Origin: Anthoceros angustus
Lineage: Eukaryota > Plantae > Anthocerotophyta
DNA: 64,000 nucleotides
Direction: 5' to 3'
Assembly: GCA_010909165.1 (NCBI GenBank)
Contig: MU008155.1
Coordinates: forward strand, 1,364,001-1,428,000
The position numbers and the translations under genes were made by a program. Positions 34,718-48,659 of this stretch are shown here, one piece after another. The notes below the pieces were generated by a model. The model was not told the origin of the DNA, made no database searches, and saw nothing but the letters and a program-made list of their open reading frames with translations. Position 1 is the first letter of the stretch, and the number at the start of each line of letters is the position of its first letter.

Positions 34718-35043
34718 GGGCTCTTTAGTGGGTTCAATGGGTTGTTCCCCATCGGCTCTCTTTGCCCATCGGCTCTCTAGAGGGTAGTGGGGGCTCTCTA
34801 GTGGGTAGTGGGTTATTCCCCATCAGCTCTCTAGTGGGTTGTTCCCCATCGTCGGCTCTTTAGTGGTTGTGGTAGTGGGTTGTTCTCCCATTGGGGCATC
34901 ATTAGCTCTCTAGTGGGTTGATCCCCCATCATCGACTCTCTTGTGGGTTGTTCCCCCATCGTCGTTCCCCATCGACGGCTCTGTAGTGGGTTGGGGATAA
35001 AGGGTTGTTCCCCCATTAGCGGCTCTCTAGTGGGTTGGGGGTT
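34718..35043 (+). repeat. Degenerate minisatellite array, motif GTGGGTTGTTCCCCATCGGCTCTCTA
   Basis: About ten imperfect copies read directly; the motif resumes at 61981-61996 after the transposon insertion. Confidence 0.9.
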
Positions 35044-35849
35044 AACATGGTAATTCTGTAAGGAGGTTAATATGCACCATGGGGGTTTTCTGCCTTTTAA
35101 CGGTTTTTTTCGTTGATATTTGTCACTTTTACTTTTATTCGTAGGCAATGAGGGTTTCCAATGGGTCTCCATTTATGGTTTTGAATCGTGTGGTCCAAAA
35201 ATGCCTCAAAAAATAGGGTGTTCATCTGCCGTGCACACAAATTTCGTGTATCGATGAAGGAGGCAAAGGGTTTTGATAATCCCTCATACATCCATTTGGC
35301 TCCATTTCGGACCCGTATGGGACGTCCGTTTGTGCAGGTGATGATGAAGACCGATGAGCAAATCCCGGCAACTCAGCGCGAAAAACATGGTGCGCGGGTC
35401 CTTTTTTATTAAGTACAACTCGCCTGCCGTAAGTACAATGGTCCAGGGTCAATGTGGGGCCCTGTTTTCTGGAAAACACAATTCTAATCGCTGTTATGGG
35501 GCCGCCGACCGGCGCCTCTTCACTCCTCGCCCATGGACACCTTTGACCGTGTAATTGTGGCCCCATTGTACACGAGGAAGAGAAATAGTGTTCCCCACTT
35601 GCCGGGTGAACTGTAACATGCAAAGAAGTCATACATCGAGACAGTCACTTGAGGACCGCCTATGGACATACAAACAACGCTCGTTTGGTTAACGCTTCTC
35701 GCAATGCGTCTTGCATGAACACCATCTTCCATCGATGTCTCGTCGTATGGATTTGTCGCTATGCTTAGGAAGGCTGGTTTCCACGCTGGTCTTTGTAATA
35801 ATAATGACTAAACTTGGAAGACAACGGTTTCGTTAAGTGCGGGCTGGGA

Positions 35850-38800
35850 AAAATAGCGTTCCACGGACAATAACAGAATTTGGAGAATCTATTGAAACTT
35901 ATTGAGAGGAAGGGAAGAAAAAACGTGTCCACATAAGACAAAACATCTTGGCACATATGTTCATGAACTCCAGTCGTCTTCTGAATTCGCGCCGTCATCA
36001 TCGCAAGGCTCTGCATCACCACCACTATCTTCACTATCTTTTGGGCCACTTTGGCTAGTCAGATGAAGCGCAATTCATTTAATTTTAGTCGATCGCCTTC
36101 TTGTCCACAAAGATATAAATGTTTGCGAGCATTCAAGTTGAAACCATAATATATGATCACGCTTTTGTTCACAAAAACCTTTGTATGCTTTTGTGCAAAT
36201 TAGCTTTCCTCCTTTTTCCCGATTGTCACACTGGGTCCCTTCATGTCGGATTATAAATTCTTCAACATACCTTCCTTCATACGCATCTGTGTGCTCAGTC
36301 ATGTACCAATGAACGACAAAGTGAGGATCTGGTGCATCTAAGTGAACATCAATGACCCTGCCAATCCAAAACGGCCTGTTCTGTCTGTCAGTGGTACATG
36401 GGACTGCAATAAACATGTCTTTCCTTATTTCCGCAATGTCACCATTCAACCGTGCAGTTTCTTGTTCTTGTCTAACAACGGTTTGATATGCACCAAGGTA
36501 CATATCCCGTTGGGGAAGGTCCCTGAGTAAAGCCTCCTCTAGCAACGCCTCATCGTGCACGTGAAGAACTCGGCCGCTTTCCACTTCAACTGAAAACCAC
36601 TTCCATGCGCCTTGGAGTGCGAGCCCTATATTATTCTCCACAATAACGATCTCCTCTTGGTCCACCCAAAATTCTTCCCACCATTTATATTCCTCTGCGG
36701 TGACATATGGTCTAAGCGCCGAGAGGCCCTCCTTCAAGTGAGCCACACCTCGGTTGGGGATAACCACGACGATGTGCCTTTCTTATCACGGCACGAAGGG
36801 ATGTCCCGTGCGCGGTTACGCCGGATGGGACAAACTTCAAAAACTCCAAACCGCCCGCTTTCCCATTGTGGCGATGTCGAATATTGTTTGCTTCTAATGA
36901 CCGCCACAAGGCCACGGCCGTTTTTCTTCTCTTGTAATTTTGAATCGTGTGGTCCAAAATGCCTCAAAAATAGGGTGTTCATCCGCTGCACACAAATTTC
37001 GTGTATCGATGTAGGAGGCAAAGGGTTTGATAACCCCTCATACATCCATTTGGCTCCATTTCGGACCCGGATGGGACGCCTTGTGCAGTGATGATGAAGA
37101 CCGATGAGCAAAACCCGCAACTCGCGAAAAACATGGTGCGCGGGTCCTTTTTCCATTAAGTACAACTCTCGCCGCAAGTACAATGGTCGAGGGTCAATGG
37201 GGCCCTGTTTTCGGAAAACACAATTTAATGTTAAAGAGCGGGCGCCGACCGCGCCTTCACCTCGCCCATGGACACCTTTGACGGTGTAAGCCCATTGTAC
37301 ACGAGGAAGAGAAATAGTGTTCCCCGGGTGAACCGTAATACGCAGAAGTCATGCATCGAGTCACTGAGGACCGGCCTATGGACATACAAACAACGCTCGT
37401 TTGGTTAACGCTTTCGCAATGCGTGCATGAACACCATCTTCCATCGATGTCTCCTCGTATGGATTTGTCGCTATGCTTAGGAAGGCTGGTTTCCACGCTG
37501 GTCTTTGTAATAATAATAATGACTAAACTTGGAAGACAACGGTTTTCGGGGCGGGAAAAATAGCCTTCCACATAATAACAGATTTGGAGAATCTATTGAA
37601 ACTTATTGAGAGGAAGGAAGAAAAACGTGTCCACATAAGACAAAACATCTTGGCACATATATGTTCATGAACTCCTGCTCGAATTCGCCATCATCGCAAG
37701 GCTGCATCACCACCACTATCTTCACTATCTTCCGGGCCACTTTGGCTAGGGGTCAGAGAAGCGCAATTCATTTAATTTTAGTCGCCTTCTTGTCCACAAA
37801 GATATAAATGTTTGCGAGCATTCAAGTTGAAACCATAATATATGATCACGCTTTTGTTCACAAAAACCTTTTGTACGCTTTTGTGCAAATTAGCTTTCCT
37901 CCTTTTTCCCGATTGGTCACACCGTTCCCTTCATGTCGGATTATAAATTCTTCAACATACCTTCCTTCATACGCATCGTGCTACCATGTACCAATGAACG
38001 ACAAAGTGAGGATCCGGTGCATCTAAGTGAACATCAATGACCGCCAATCCAAAACGGCCTGCTCTGGTGGTCAGGACCGCAATGAACATGTCTTTCCTTA
38101 TTTCCAAATGTCACCATTCAACCGCAGCTTGTTCTTGTCTAACAACGGTTTGATATGCACCAAGGTACATATCCTGCTGGGGAAGGTCCCCGAGTAAAGC
38201 CTCCTCTAGCAACGCCTCGTGCACGTGAAGAACCTCGCTGCTTTCCACTTCAATCCGCAAAAACCACTTCCATGCGTCCTGGAGTGCGAGCCCTATATTA
38301 TTCTCCACAATAACAGCGATCTCCTCTTGGTCCACCCAAAATTCTTCCCACCATTTATATTCCTCTGCAATGACATATGGTCTAAGCGCCGAGAGGCCCT
38401 CCTTCAAGTGAGCCACACCTTCGGTTGGGGATAACCCTGACGACGTGCCTTTCTTATCACAGGCACGAAGGGATGTCACCCGCGTTACGTCCGGATGGGA
38501 CAAACTTCAAAAACTCCAAACCGCCTGCTTTCCCATTGTGGCGATGTCGAATATTGTTTGCTTCTAATGACTGTCACAAGGCCACGGTCAGGTTTTTCTT
38601 CTCTTGTAATTTTGAACTGGTGCTGGAATGATAGGTTGTTCAATTTCTGCACCGCAGCACCGTATGCTTGGCGTCCATCCCCTTGTCGTAACGGCCAAAC
38701 ATAGGAGCGGAAGTCTGGAACCTCCGTTAATACCTTCACATCTGGTGTTGGAGTGTACGCCTCTTTCAAAATTGCCGCCAATGCGGGGAGAGTATGAGCT

Positions 38801-40440
38801 TCCCTGTGTTTCAAGCTCTTTGAAAAACATGAAAACATTTGGTCAATTTGATCATGAGTATGTCCAACGAGAAGAAACCCCACCTTTACTTTCTCAAAAG
38901 TTCCCATATCCACTAACATGTTCAGATATGCAAAAAGAAGTTGATTCTTGTTCTCTCGACAAGTGTTGTCCAATTGCAAGTATAAAACCTTCGGTAATAC
39001 TCCTTCATAGTTGTGTATCACATCCTGTATAACAGTGATAGTCAAATTGGCGTCGTTTCTCAAATTTGCGTAATGCAAGAAGGCCCTCGCTTTATACGTG
39101 TAGTTGTGAATCATACACCCAACTACGTGGACAGAGATGCGGGACTCCTCATCCAGGTTCTTCGGCCACCTCAAAAAGTGTGGTACCTCAGTTTTCTTCT
39201 GGTCCATTCCATCTATAGACAGTAATATGTACTTATGCGGATCTCTGTAACTTTTGCTCCTGTGTTTGGCCATCTTCGTCTGCTCGCAAAGACACGATGT
39301 GCCCCATGACGATATTTCATCACATAAAACAAGAACTTCATGGAGTCGGCCAAAATCCATTCTTGCAAACACTCTAGTCATGCCCTCTCATTTATCATTA
39401 CACATATACTTCACATGAGGGCTTTTTTGGTGTAGGTGGGAGCCAAGGTCGATTATGGAGTTCCACCCAAGGGTTTCGTGGGACACAGGGGCACGCCGGC
39501 AAGGAGAACTATTGAGTGGGAGGGGGGGGCGGCCTCCGCCACTGCAAGGAGGAGGAGGAGGGAGGAGGGAGGAGGAGGAGAGCACAACTCATCCACTGAG
39601 GCCGCCCCCTCATGAAAGAGGGAGGGGCCGCCACTCTCTTGTGATATAAGGGGGGGCGCCGGCCGACCTGCTTAACCAAACCTCCATCCAGTAAGGCGCC
39701 CAAACCTCCAAGCAGTACGGCACCGACACCTAGGACCAGTACGGCCACGACAAACCGCAGGTAGTTCACACAAAAAAGGTTAGAAAGGACAGCATGCAGA
39801 GGAACAAGAGTGCCCAGTACCTTGATCGACCTTCTGTGTTGAGTTCCGTATAGTTGTCTTCAATCCTGCGCAAAGCGAGCATGTCGAGAACCGGTTTGAC
39901 TTTGGGATCTTCACTCTGCTGTAGTTGCATTTCCATAGCTTTAAGAACCACGTAGGTGACATATATCGAGCCCCGACCTTCGCACTCTCGTTTGTACAGT
40001 AACCATATTTCTAATTTTGTGTACGTGTCGGGAAGATTGAAAACCTCCACATTTGGGAGCCTCTCAGCCATGTACATAAAAGTACTGTCCATCCAAGCTA
40101 TGGCCCCTAGCGCATGCGGAGACTGTTGTATGGGGTTTGTTCTGAAACCATCCCACGGTGAGTTCTGAAGAACTCTAGCCTTCAACTCCTCATACCTGAT
40201 GTGTCCCACACAATAAACCCTTCTGAAAGCCTTCAGACAACATCGACGGAACACTCCCATAACATGAGTGACAACTTTTCCTTTATCATTGGTCCTCGTC
40301 GCGATGGACTAGAGATCAAGGAATGTCTCGCTCTTGTCTCGCACATTCTTATGAATCTATACCGCTCTTGAAATCTTTCTTTCACACGCAAGCACATCCG
40401 ATTGCAACAAGGTTTTAGTCACCGACAATGTCCACTTCAC
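35850..40440 (-). pseudogene. Putative DDE transposase (SIDGMD / QLDN..RENKN / GHTHDQID type), spliced and frameshifted; 3' part duplicated
   Basis: ORF 38485-39381 has LLSIDGMDQKK...YLQLDNTCRENKNQ...LLVGHTHDQIDQMFS. Upstream AIAWM...FLKLWKCNYSRVKIPKSNRFSTCSLC (39780-40260). Downstream RPFWIGRVIDV..FVVHWY (36075-36767, second copy ~37770-38500). Superfamily assignment is inference. Confidence 0.75.
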
Positions 40441-41741
40441 TCTTCCTCAACGACACGCCGGCTGCCGACATAACGCAGACGAGTCCTTTGACGTCGCAAT
40501 GTCTCGCTCAAAGGTTTCGTGAAACGATCTTTGCACATCATCCTCCGGAGGTGATTGGAAGTCGTCGCTCGATGGGACCTCTATCGGACGACCGCCTAGC
40601 TCCTCGGGACCGGTATGTTTTGCCTACCCATACCCATCGCCATGAACAAGCCACGGCGGCAATCATGCGAACATCAGCGCCCTTCAACCCCAACTCTCCT
40701 CACTGGAGGGCTGCCGTCTATGGCTGCATACAAGTTCAGGTTTCTTGGCGTCATCGGAACACCATGCGGCATACTTGGCGAAGACAATTCACGCCGGCGT
40801 CTTTCCCGCACAAGTGACATCCACTCACGACTTCCCACAATGTGCTATAACGGACTCTTCACCAAGCCCCTTAACACACTAACCTTGCGGAGGATGGCGA
40901 GGCAGAGGTGGCGGTGGGTTTAAAAGAGCAAGCCTCCTCGCCCTTTTCTGGGAGTCCACTGCAGGCCTCAAGTATCGGGAGGGTTCTTCTACATAAGCCG
41001 ATGCCTGCGTGCAAATATGAACTTGCCGGGTTAACAGCAGCTGGTGATAGCACAAATGATTCAGACATGAAACACTCAGGCGCACATAGCACTCACGTCC
41101 TCCATATCGTCTGTGTGTGTCGCGCGCAACATTGCCGGTAGTCGAAGCCGTCGACAAGTCCTGCTTGCTAGACTCCTTGCAAAGAGAAATGGTTGGTAAG
41201 TGTGGTTTGCCTCGAACGCCAACTTAGTACCCATGCCTACGGCACGCGACTTCATTGCATATAACGGCGAGGAAATCCAATGAGGCAGCGGGTATCGCGG
41301 TCCGGCACGCGGGATAAGAATAACACCGCAATCGATGGATAAGTCACGGTCATAAATACATGCATAGGAGAATAAGGTCCACTTAACTACCATTTTCACA
41401 CGACATCGTGGTTTCTAACTTTGGTTAACGTGGTGAGGTAACCCTAATCGTCCAGGGGTTAAGAGTCCTTATGGTAACGGTGTTCCACTTGCTGCTGCCG
41501 CACTTAAGTAACGCCCTTCAGCGCCTGCGACGGTAACGCCCACACCGCGAGAGGCCCATCACCGTGGTGGCGGCGTGAAGGAGGGACCTACGGTGCGCCT
41601 TTGCAAAGAGCGTGTTCCGTGTCAGCGGTGCACAAGGCATCCTGCGGCGAGAACTCCACAATTTCCATTCAAGCCCAATTTGTGAGTGATGCAAACTTGT
41701 TTTCGTTTAGCTCAATTCTCAGCGGGCCTGTGCAGTGAACG

Positions 41742-44700
41742 ATGGCAAGCGGGCGACGGAGCAAGAAGGATCTGGCAGATGCGGCGGCGCTGCCAGCTGA
41801 CCTCCTCCCCAAGAAATCCAGGCGGAGTAAGCGGCGGCTAGTGCACCGAGGGACTTGGGAGGCATCGCGGCGATCGGAGGTGGTGGTGTGCAAGCCAAGG
41901 GTGGGCATGCATCGGGCAAGCGAAATCCGCTAGCTCGACGCCCCGAAGGCCAGACAACGGTGGAAAGAGGGGAGCCGGAGTGGAGAAGTCACAAAAGCCC
42001 CGAAGCCTGCGCGCCGCCCATTCCTTCGCCTTCACCTACGAGGAGACTGTGATCATTCGGCGTCGAATGCTCGATGGATCCTGCTAATGCTGAGAAAGAT
42101 TGGATGGTGACATGATGCGAGCCGAGGATGAGAACGCTCGGACTCCACTATTGAAATTGTGGATCATGGGTTATAGGGGAGCATTGCCTAACCAAAGAGC
42201 GAGGGCTGGATGGGTAGTATGGGCGACCACGGACATGGACGAAGAACCTTGTTCACGTTGTTTTGCACAACAAGGCCTCGTGGAGTTTGACGCAGTGATT
42301 CAAGACCCTCAAATGTATAGGGCGTATGAGCTCGTCTGGGTTTCATGCTAAGAAATGTGGTCCTCCCGAGCTTGTCGAGGTATTTCGAAGCAATGTGGCA
42401 ACCGTGTAAGTACGTATATGCCATGGACATGTAAATTTTGTTTTGTTGAGTTTGTGTCTCTGATGATGTGCTTACTCCTCTGATTTCCATCATGTTTCTT
42501 CAGCCACCCTGTAGGAAGAGCTCTTATCGATCACAGTGTGGAAAGGTGTCTGACCTGTAGCACAGCGCGTATTGTCTATGAGGAGAGCGAGAGAGCAACA
42601 GAATGAGGATGATGCGATAGCAGTGCAGGATGCGATAGTGAATGGACCATCCGACGAGGATGATGGCCCGATCCATGTGCCGGGTCATTCAGATGGAGAA
42701 GGGTCAGCGACCAAGACGAGGATAGGGATGCGAGGACATCCTCAACTTTGCGACTTTGTTCCTACCGTCCGCATCGATGCGGATGACAATCGGGCGCCGG
42801 CCGGCGCCCGACTCCGGATGGGGAAGACTGATGACCCCAAACCCAAAGGTTTGTCCAGCCTGCTGGGGGAGATGGACTAGGCGCCGGCCGGCCGGCCGGC
42901 CGGCCGGCGGTGCCACGCACTCGCACCAAGAAGGAGGAGAGATCGGGCGCCGGGCGGCTGGGAAGAGGAGCCAGGCAATGATGTGGTGGAGCGAGGTGGA
43001 AGCGGAAGAGCACCTACGGATGTCTCGCGCGGAGAAGCAGCATGGCGTGGCGCAGTGTAGTGGGAAGAAGAAGTCAAGAGAGATGGAAAAGGGGACCATC
43101 CGGAAAACATTGCCACTGCTCATGTTCTTTCAGACGAGGAAAGGCCGGAGGATGCTATCGAGATGCACTTTGACACGAATTCGGGACTCGGCTTACTCCA
43201 AGAAGGTGGTTCAGAAATGATTAGTGAAGTGGAGAAGTCACAAAAGCCCAGGCGGTGCTGCAGGCGCCATTCCTTCGCCTTCACCTACGAGGAGACTGTG
43301 ATCATTCGGCGTCGAATGCTCGGATGGATCCTGCAACGAGAAAGATTGGATGGTGACACGGATGCGAGCGAGGAGGATGAGAACGCTCGACTCCACTATT
43401 GAAATTGTGGATCATGGGTTATAGGGGAGCATTGCCTAACCAAAGAGCGAGGTGGATGGGTAGTATGGGCGACCACGGACATGGACGAGAAGAACCGGTG
43501 TTCACGTTGTTTTGCACAACAAGGCCTCGGAGTTTGTGATGATTCAAGACCCTCAAATGTATAGGGCGTATGAGCTCGTCCTTGGGTTTCATGCTAAGAA
43601 ATGTGGTCCTCCCGAGCTTGTCGAGGTATTTCGAGAAGCAATGTGGCCGTGTAAGCAGATATGCCATGGACATGTAAATTTTGTTTTGTTGAGTTTGTGT
43701 CTCGATGTGCTTTCTCCTCGATTTGCATCATGTTCTTTGTTAGCCACCCAGTAGGAAGAGCTCTTATCGGTGTTGTGTGGAAAGGTGTCGACATTGTAGC
43801 ACAGTGCGTATTGTCTATGAGGAGAGCGAGAGAGCAACAGAATGAGGATGATGCGAGATAGCAGTGCAGATGCGAGATAGTGAACTGGGACCATCCGACG
43901 AGGATGATGGCCCGATCCGATGTCTTGGGTCATTCGGATGGAGAAGACCAAGATGAGGATAGGGATGCGAGGACATCATGAACTTTGCGGACCTTGTTCC
44001 TACCGTCCGCATCGATGCGGATGACAATCGGGCGCCGGCCGGCCGGCCGGCGGATGGGGAAGACTGATGACCCCAAACCCAAAGGTTTGTCCAGCCGTTG
44101 GGGGAGATGGACTAGGCGCCGCCGGCCGGCCGGCGCCCCAAGGTGCCCACCCGCACTCGCACCAAGAAGGAGGAGGAGGCGGGCGCCGGGCGGGAAGAGG
44201 AGCCAGGCGTGATGTGGTGGAGCGAGGTGGAAGCGGAAGAGCACCTACGGATGTCTCGCCGTGCGACGGAAGCGATGGCGATGTGGCGGCGGTAGTGGGA
44301 AGAAGAAGTCGAAGAGGGATAAAGGAAAAGGGGACCATCCGGAAAACATTGCCACTGTTCATGTTCTTTCAGACGAGGAAAGGCTGGAGGATGCTATCCG
44401 AGATGCAGACCCGTTGACACGAATTCGGGACTCGGCTTACTCCAAGAAGGTGGTTCAGGAAACAGTATTAGTGAAGTTGGAGAATTTGAAACCAGCATCC
44501 CATATTACACCAGATGCGCAGATAAGGAGAGTGGACGAGGCATGGGCAAATTATTTGGCTCGTGTAATATCGAAGGGAAGGATTGAGGAGGGCGTGTTGC
44601 CTCTCCTTTGCATGATCGACCCCGACGAGTGTGACAACCTCAGCAAGTTGGACTGGAAAAGGTTCAGGGCGAAGAAATATGTTATGGGGGTTCTTGGTGG

Positions 44701-46340
44701 GAACCATACTTTTGCAGCCATGAAACATTTGGCAGATATATCTCCGGGGAAAACACGCTTCCAATATGTGGAAGCTCATGTATTGTACGACGGCGGAAAT
44801 GCAGTACCGCAATGCACACAATACGATGTCAGACAAAAAGAAGATGTCCTTCATTGAGCAGGTCAGGTACTTGAGGGACGAATTGCTTATTGCCAGGCGA
44901 GATGATGTCCAGATGACCATGAATTGGAAATTCAACCTATACCGTGTATTGGGCTTGATTGAGGACGACGGAGGTCGGGAAGACGATGTGTACAAGCAGA
45001 ATAAGGTGGACAATCGGACCCACATCTTATGCATTGCCAAACAGGAGGGGAAGGTTTGGGACAACGTGGATCGAATATTTTCAAAATGGGAGGCTGGAGA
45101 ATTGCCGGAGCAGAAGAAACATGTTCCTGCCGGAACAAGTAAGAAGGGCAAAGGCAAACGGAAGGTACAAGAGGAGGCTAAGGTTGTTGACACTGTATAC
45201 GTGAAGCCGAAGGATATGCTAGCAAAGCCGTGGAAATCGTTCAAGGATTCCATGGAGAGTGCGGTCGGATACTCATGAAGGAGAAGGTGTTGACAGGTAT
45301 TATCGACCTAAAAGGTATGGATGATGAGATTACCTTACGGAAGAAGTTTCATGTTATACAAGTGGCTATGGTTAAACACTTGGGCTGCTCATCATTCGAA
45401 GAGGTTAGGCTGGAATATCCTTTGCATTCGACCGACGAAATGATAGCTCGGTTCCAGACGGCATTCGCTGGGAAGGTGTGCCATACTACCCATCGTTTAA
45501 TGATTCTCTCATATTTCGTCTGTTTCAAACCCTAACCTTCTTGCAGGCGCCGGCTGGCCGAGGCCACTTCCACATGTGATGTGGGGACCGACTTGGCGGC
45601 GCCGGCCACGCTCTCGTATCCACTCCATAGAACTCAAGGCTTGAGGCCGCCGGGCGCCTCACCATGCCTTTGAGATCTACGGAGTGCATACTGTTGCATT
45701 GCATTCGCTGTGTATCCACTTATACTCTTTTGCCCTGCAAAGAATTGAAGGATATAGACAACTTGCGAAAATGCGGAGGACTTTAAAATTTCATTTTCGA
45801 GATCAATAATTGGAAGAGTTTGGAAGACGAGGCAGCGTGCGTGGCGTATATGATCTTCATGAAGGGCTGCACATTTTACTGCTCGTGATCGAGAAGGAGG
45901 TTCATTACCAAGTGGAGAAGCGAGATATTTTGGAGATGCGGGCTACCTTGGTGAGGAGGTACACTATTAGTCATGGATGTGCCCGGAGGCTTTGATATTG
46001 GGCCTATGGACAAACGGATGGATGCCACTATGTTGAGTCTGATTTTCAGCAGTTTCATGAGAAAACCTGGCGAAGACTTCCGCATGATTGTTATGCATGG
46101 AGTGGAGGAAGCCCACACAATACGGGAATCGATGCGCAGGTGGTGTAAGAAGGGTGGCCTGGTGTCTTTCGTGTGGGATAAAACCAACATGAGCAATGAT
46201 AGGGGCGGATTTGAAACAGTGGAGTATGTGACTGTCGGATGGGACTTGAAGGATGGGTGTTCAAAGGATAGAGCTCCGATGATGCCGAATGCCATGCATG
46301 GCACTTTCAACAATGGGAGGTCCGTCATAGGACATGACAC
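41742..46340 (+). pseudogene. 5' part of a transposon ORF2: unknown N-terminal region + ParB/Srx-like domain + N-terminal half of a beta-class amino-methyltransferase-like domain
   Basis: VKLENLKP..QIRRVDEAWANYLARVISKG..LPLLCMI..YVMGVLGGNHTFAAMKHL (44470-44740); LLVMDVPGG (45964-45990); FRMIVMH..SFVWDKTN..ETVEYVTVGW (46075-46240). Cut at 46340 by the CACTA element. Confidence 0.6.
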
Positions 46341-48659
46341 CACTACTACAAAACGTGCCTACATATGACGTAGAATATGACGATTGATTTACGCGGACGG
46401 GCACTAAATGACGCGAGCAGAAAATGCCCGCCCATCATATTATGCGTGAAAATGAACCCGTCACAAACGTTTCTTAATGTCGTGGGGGTCCTAGCCGTGA
46501 CCAAAGTGGTGGCGGTTCTTTGGGTCTCCGTGTCCCGTTCATGCGATATCCGTGACGCTCTTTACATGTACGGTGCCCGCCCGGACACATAGGCGCCACC
46601 TCATCTTCCACGTTGGATACAATGCATATGACAAGGCGCATATCCGGGCGCTTTTGCCTACACGTGTCATGTCTGTTGGTGTCCGTGCGGTTCGGGCATG
46701 ACGTGGCATTCCGTGCCAAAAAGGCGGTGGCTTATCCAGACGTCCCCATCCCCTCCCCGTCCGTCCATGCATGGTTGGCGCCCGTCCGTCAGCAGCGCCG
46801 ATGGCGTGGGTTGGCGTGGCCACTACCACGTTCGGTGCCTCCTAGCCAATAGCGTCCATTGCTATCAAAAATTCAGACAACAATGGATTGCCCAATCATG
46901 GGCAAGTTCAACCCTTATCCCCATTGGTTGCACACGGTGATGTGTAATTGGCGTTTTGCACGACACGACGGTTCAAAATACCTAGGAGCATGGCCAATAG
47001 CCATGGCGGATGGATGCCACTATGTTGAGTATTTTCAGCAGTTTCATGAGAAAACTACAAGCGAAGACTTCCGCATGATTGTCATGCATGGAGTGGAGGA
47101 AGCCCACACAAGACGGAATCGATGCGCAGTGGTGTAAGAAGGGTGGCCTGGTGTCTTTCGTGTGGGATAAACCAACATGAGCAATGATAGGGGCGGATTT
47201 GAAACGATTGGAGTATGTGACCGGATGGGGCTTGAAGGATGGGTGTTCAAAGGATAGAGCTCGATGATGCGAATGCCATGCATGGCACTTTCAACAATGG
47301 GAGGTCCGTCATAGGACATGACACCACTACTACAAAACGTGCCTACATATGACGTAGAATATGACGATTGATTTACGCGGACGGGCACTAAATGACGCGA
47401 GCAGAAAATGCCCGCCCATCATATTATGCGTGAAAATGAACCCGTCACAAACGTTTCTTAATGTCGTGGGGGGTCCCAGCCGGTGACCAAAGTGGTGGCG
47501 GTTGCTGGGTCTCCGGTGTCCCGTTCATGCGTGCGATATCCGTACGCTCTTTACATGTACGGGTGCCCGCCCGGACACATAGGCAGCCACCTCATCTTCC
47601 ACGTTGGATACAATGCATATGACAAGGCGCATATCTGGCGCTTTTGCCGGCTACACGTGTCATGTACGGCGCTGGTGTCCGTGCGGTTCTGGGCATGACG
47701 TGGCATTCCGTGCCAAAAAGGCTGGCGGCGGCTTATCCGACGGACGTCCCCCATCCCCCTCCCCGTCCGTCCATGCATGGTTGGCGCCCGTCCGGTCAAC
47801 GCGCGCCGATGGCGTAGGTTGACGTGGCCACTACCACGTTCTGGTGCCTCCTAGCCAATAGCGTCCATTGCTATCAAAAATTCAGACAACAATGGATTGC
47901 CCAATCATGGGCAAGTTCAACCCTTATCCCCATTGGTTGCACACGGTGATGTGTAATTGGCGTTTTGCACGACACGACGGTTCAAAATACCTAGGAGCAT
48001 GGCCAATAGCGCGATGGATGTGGAGGCACTTCATTGACGACGCGGATTTACTGGCCAACAAGGCCACTTGTGACGGATCAAGCAAGCTTGCAATAGGGAA
48101 ATTTCAAATTTCAAATTTCAAAATATGCAGCCCTAACCACAAGAAAAGCCGTGCACCCTCGCTACAATTAGGGTTGTACGATCCACAAGAGTTAATACGT
48201 GTTTATCTTAGCCAGCAACAAACGTACCTTCTAATTAGGTCCTGTTGGCCCATGGAACTCGGGCCAAGCAAGATCCATGCATTGTTAAATGGGGTTATCT
48301 CCGCTTAAAATAAGTCCGAGATAAATGCCCGCTTTAGACCCACCAAGAGAATCACCTAACCCAAAACATAACGAGTGCATCGACATCGGGCGTGCTTGCC
48401 GTTTTCCCTCCCGCCGCCTTTCCCTCCCGCCGCTGACGGTTCCATCCTCCGTCTTGTTCCTCCCTTCTTCCGGACCGTCGGAAAAGACATCCCTTCCGTG
48501 CTTAGTCCATCCATTCAAAACGCCAAACCATGAAACGGGCACACCTTGCGGTGAAAAACCAGACACCACAGGCTCTTCGAAGCCTCAAACAGAGACACCG
48601 GACCAATAGCAAACCCAGACTGTGTTTCCGCTCATTGTGTCTATGACATAAGACTACCG

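Noticed and set aside
34718-35043. CRISPR-like appearance of the motif arrays (also 62201-62685)
   Set aside because: Repeats are degenerate and abutting with no unique constant-length spacers, there are no cas genes, and the context is eukaryotic.
41742-46340. Bacterial or phage contamination as the source of the ParB/MTase-like sequence
   Set aside because: It carries GT-AG intron-like breaks, lies inside a eukaryotic TIR element, is split by a plant CACTA and is contiguous with intron-rich plant genes.
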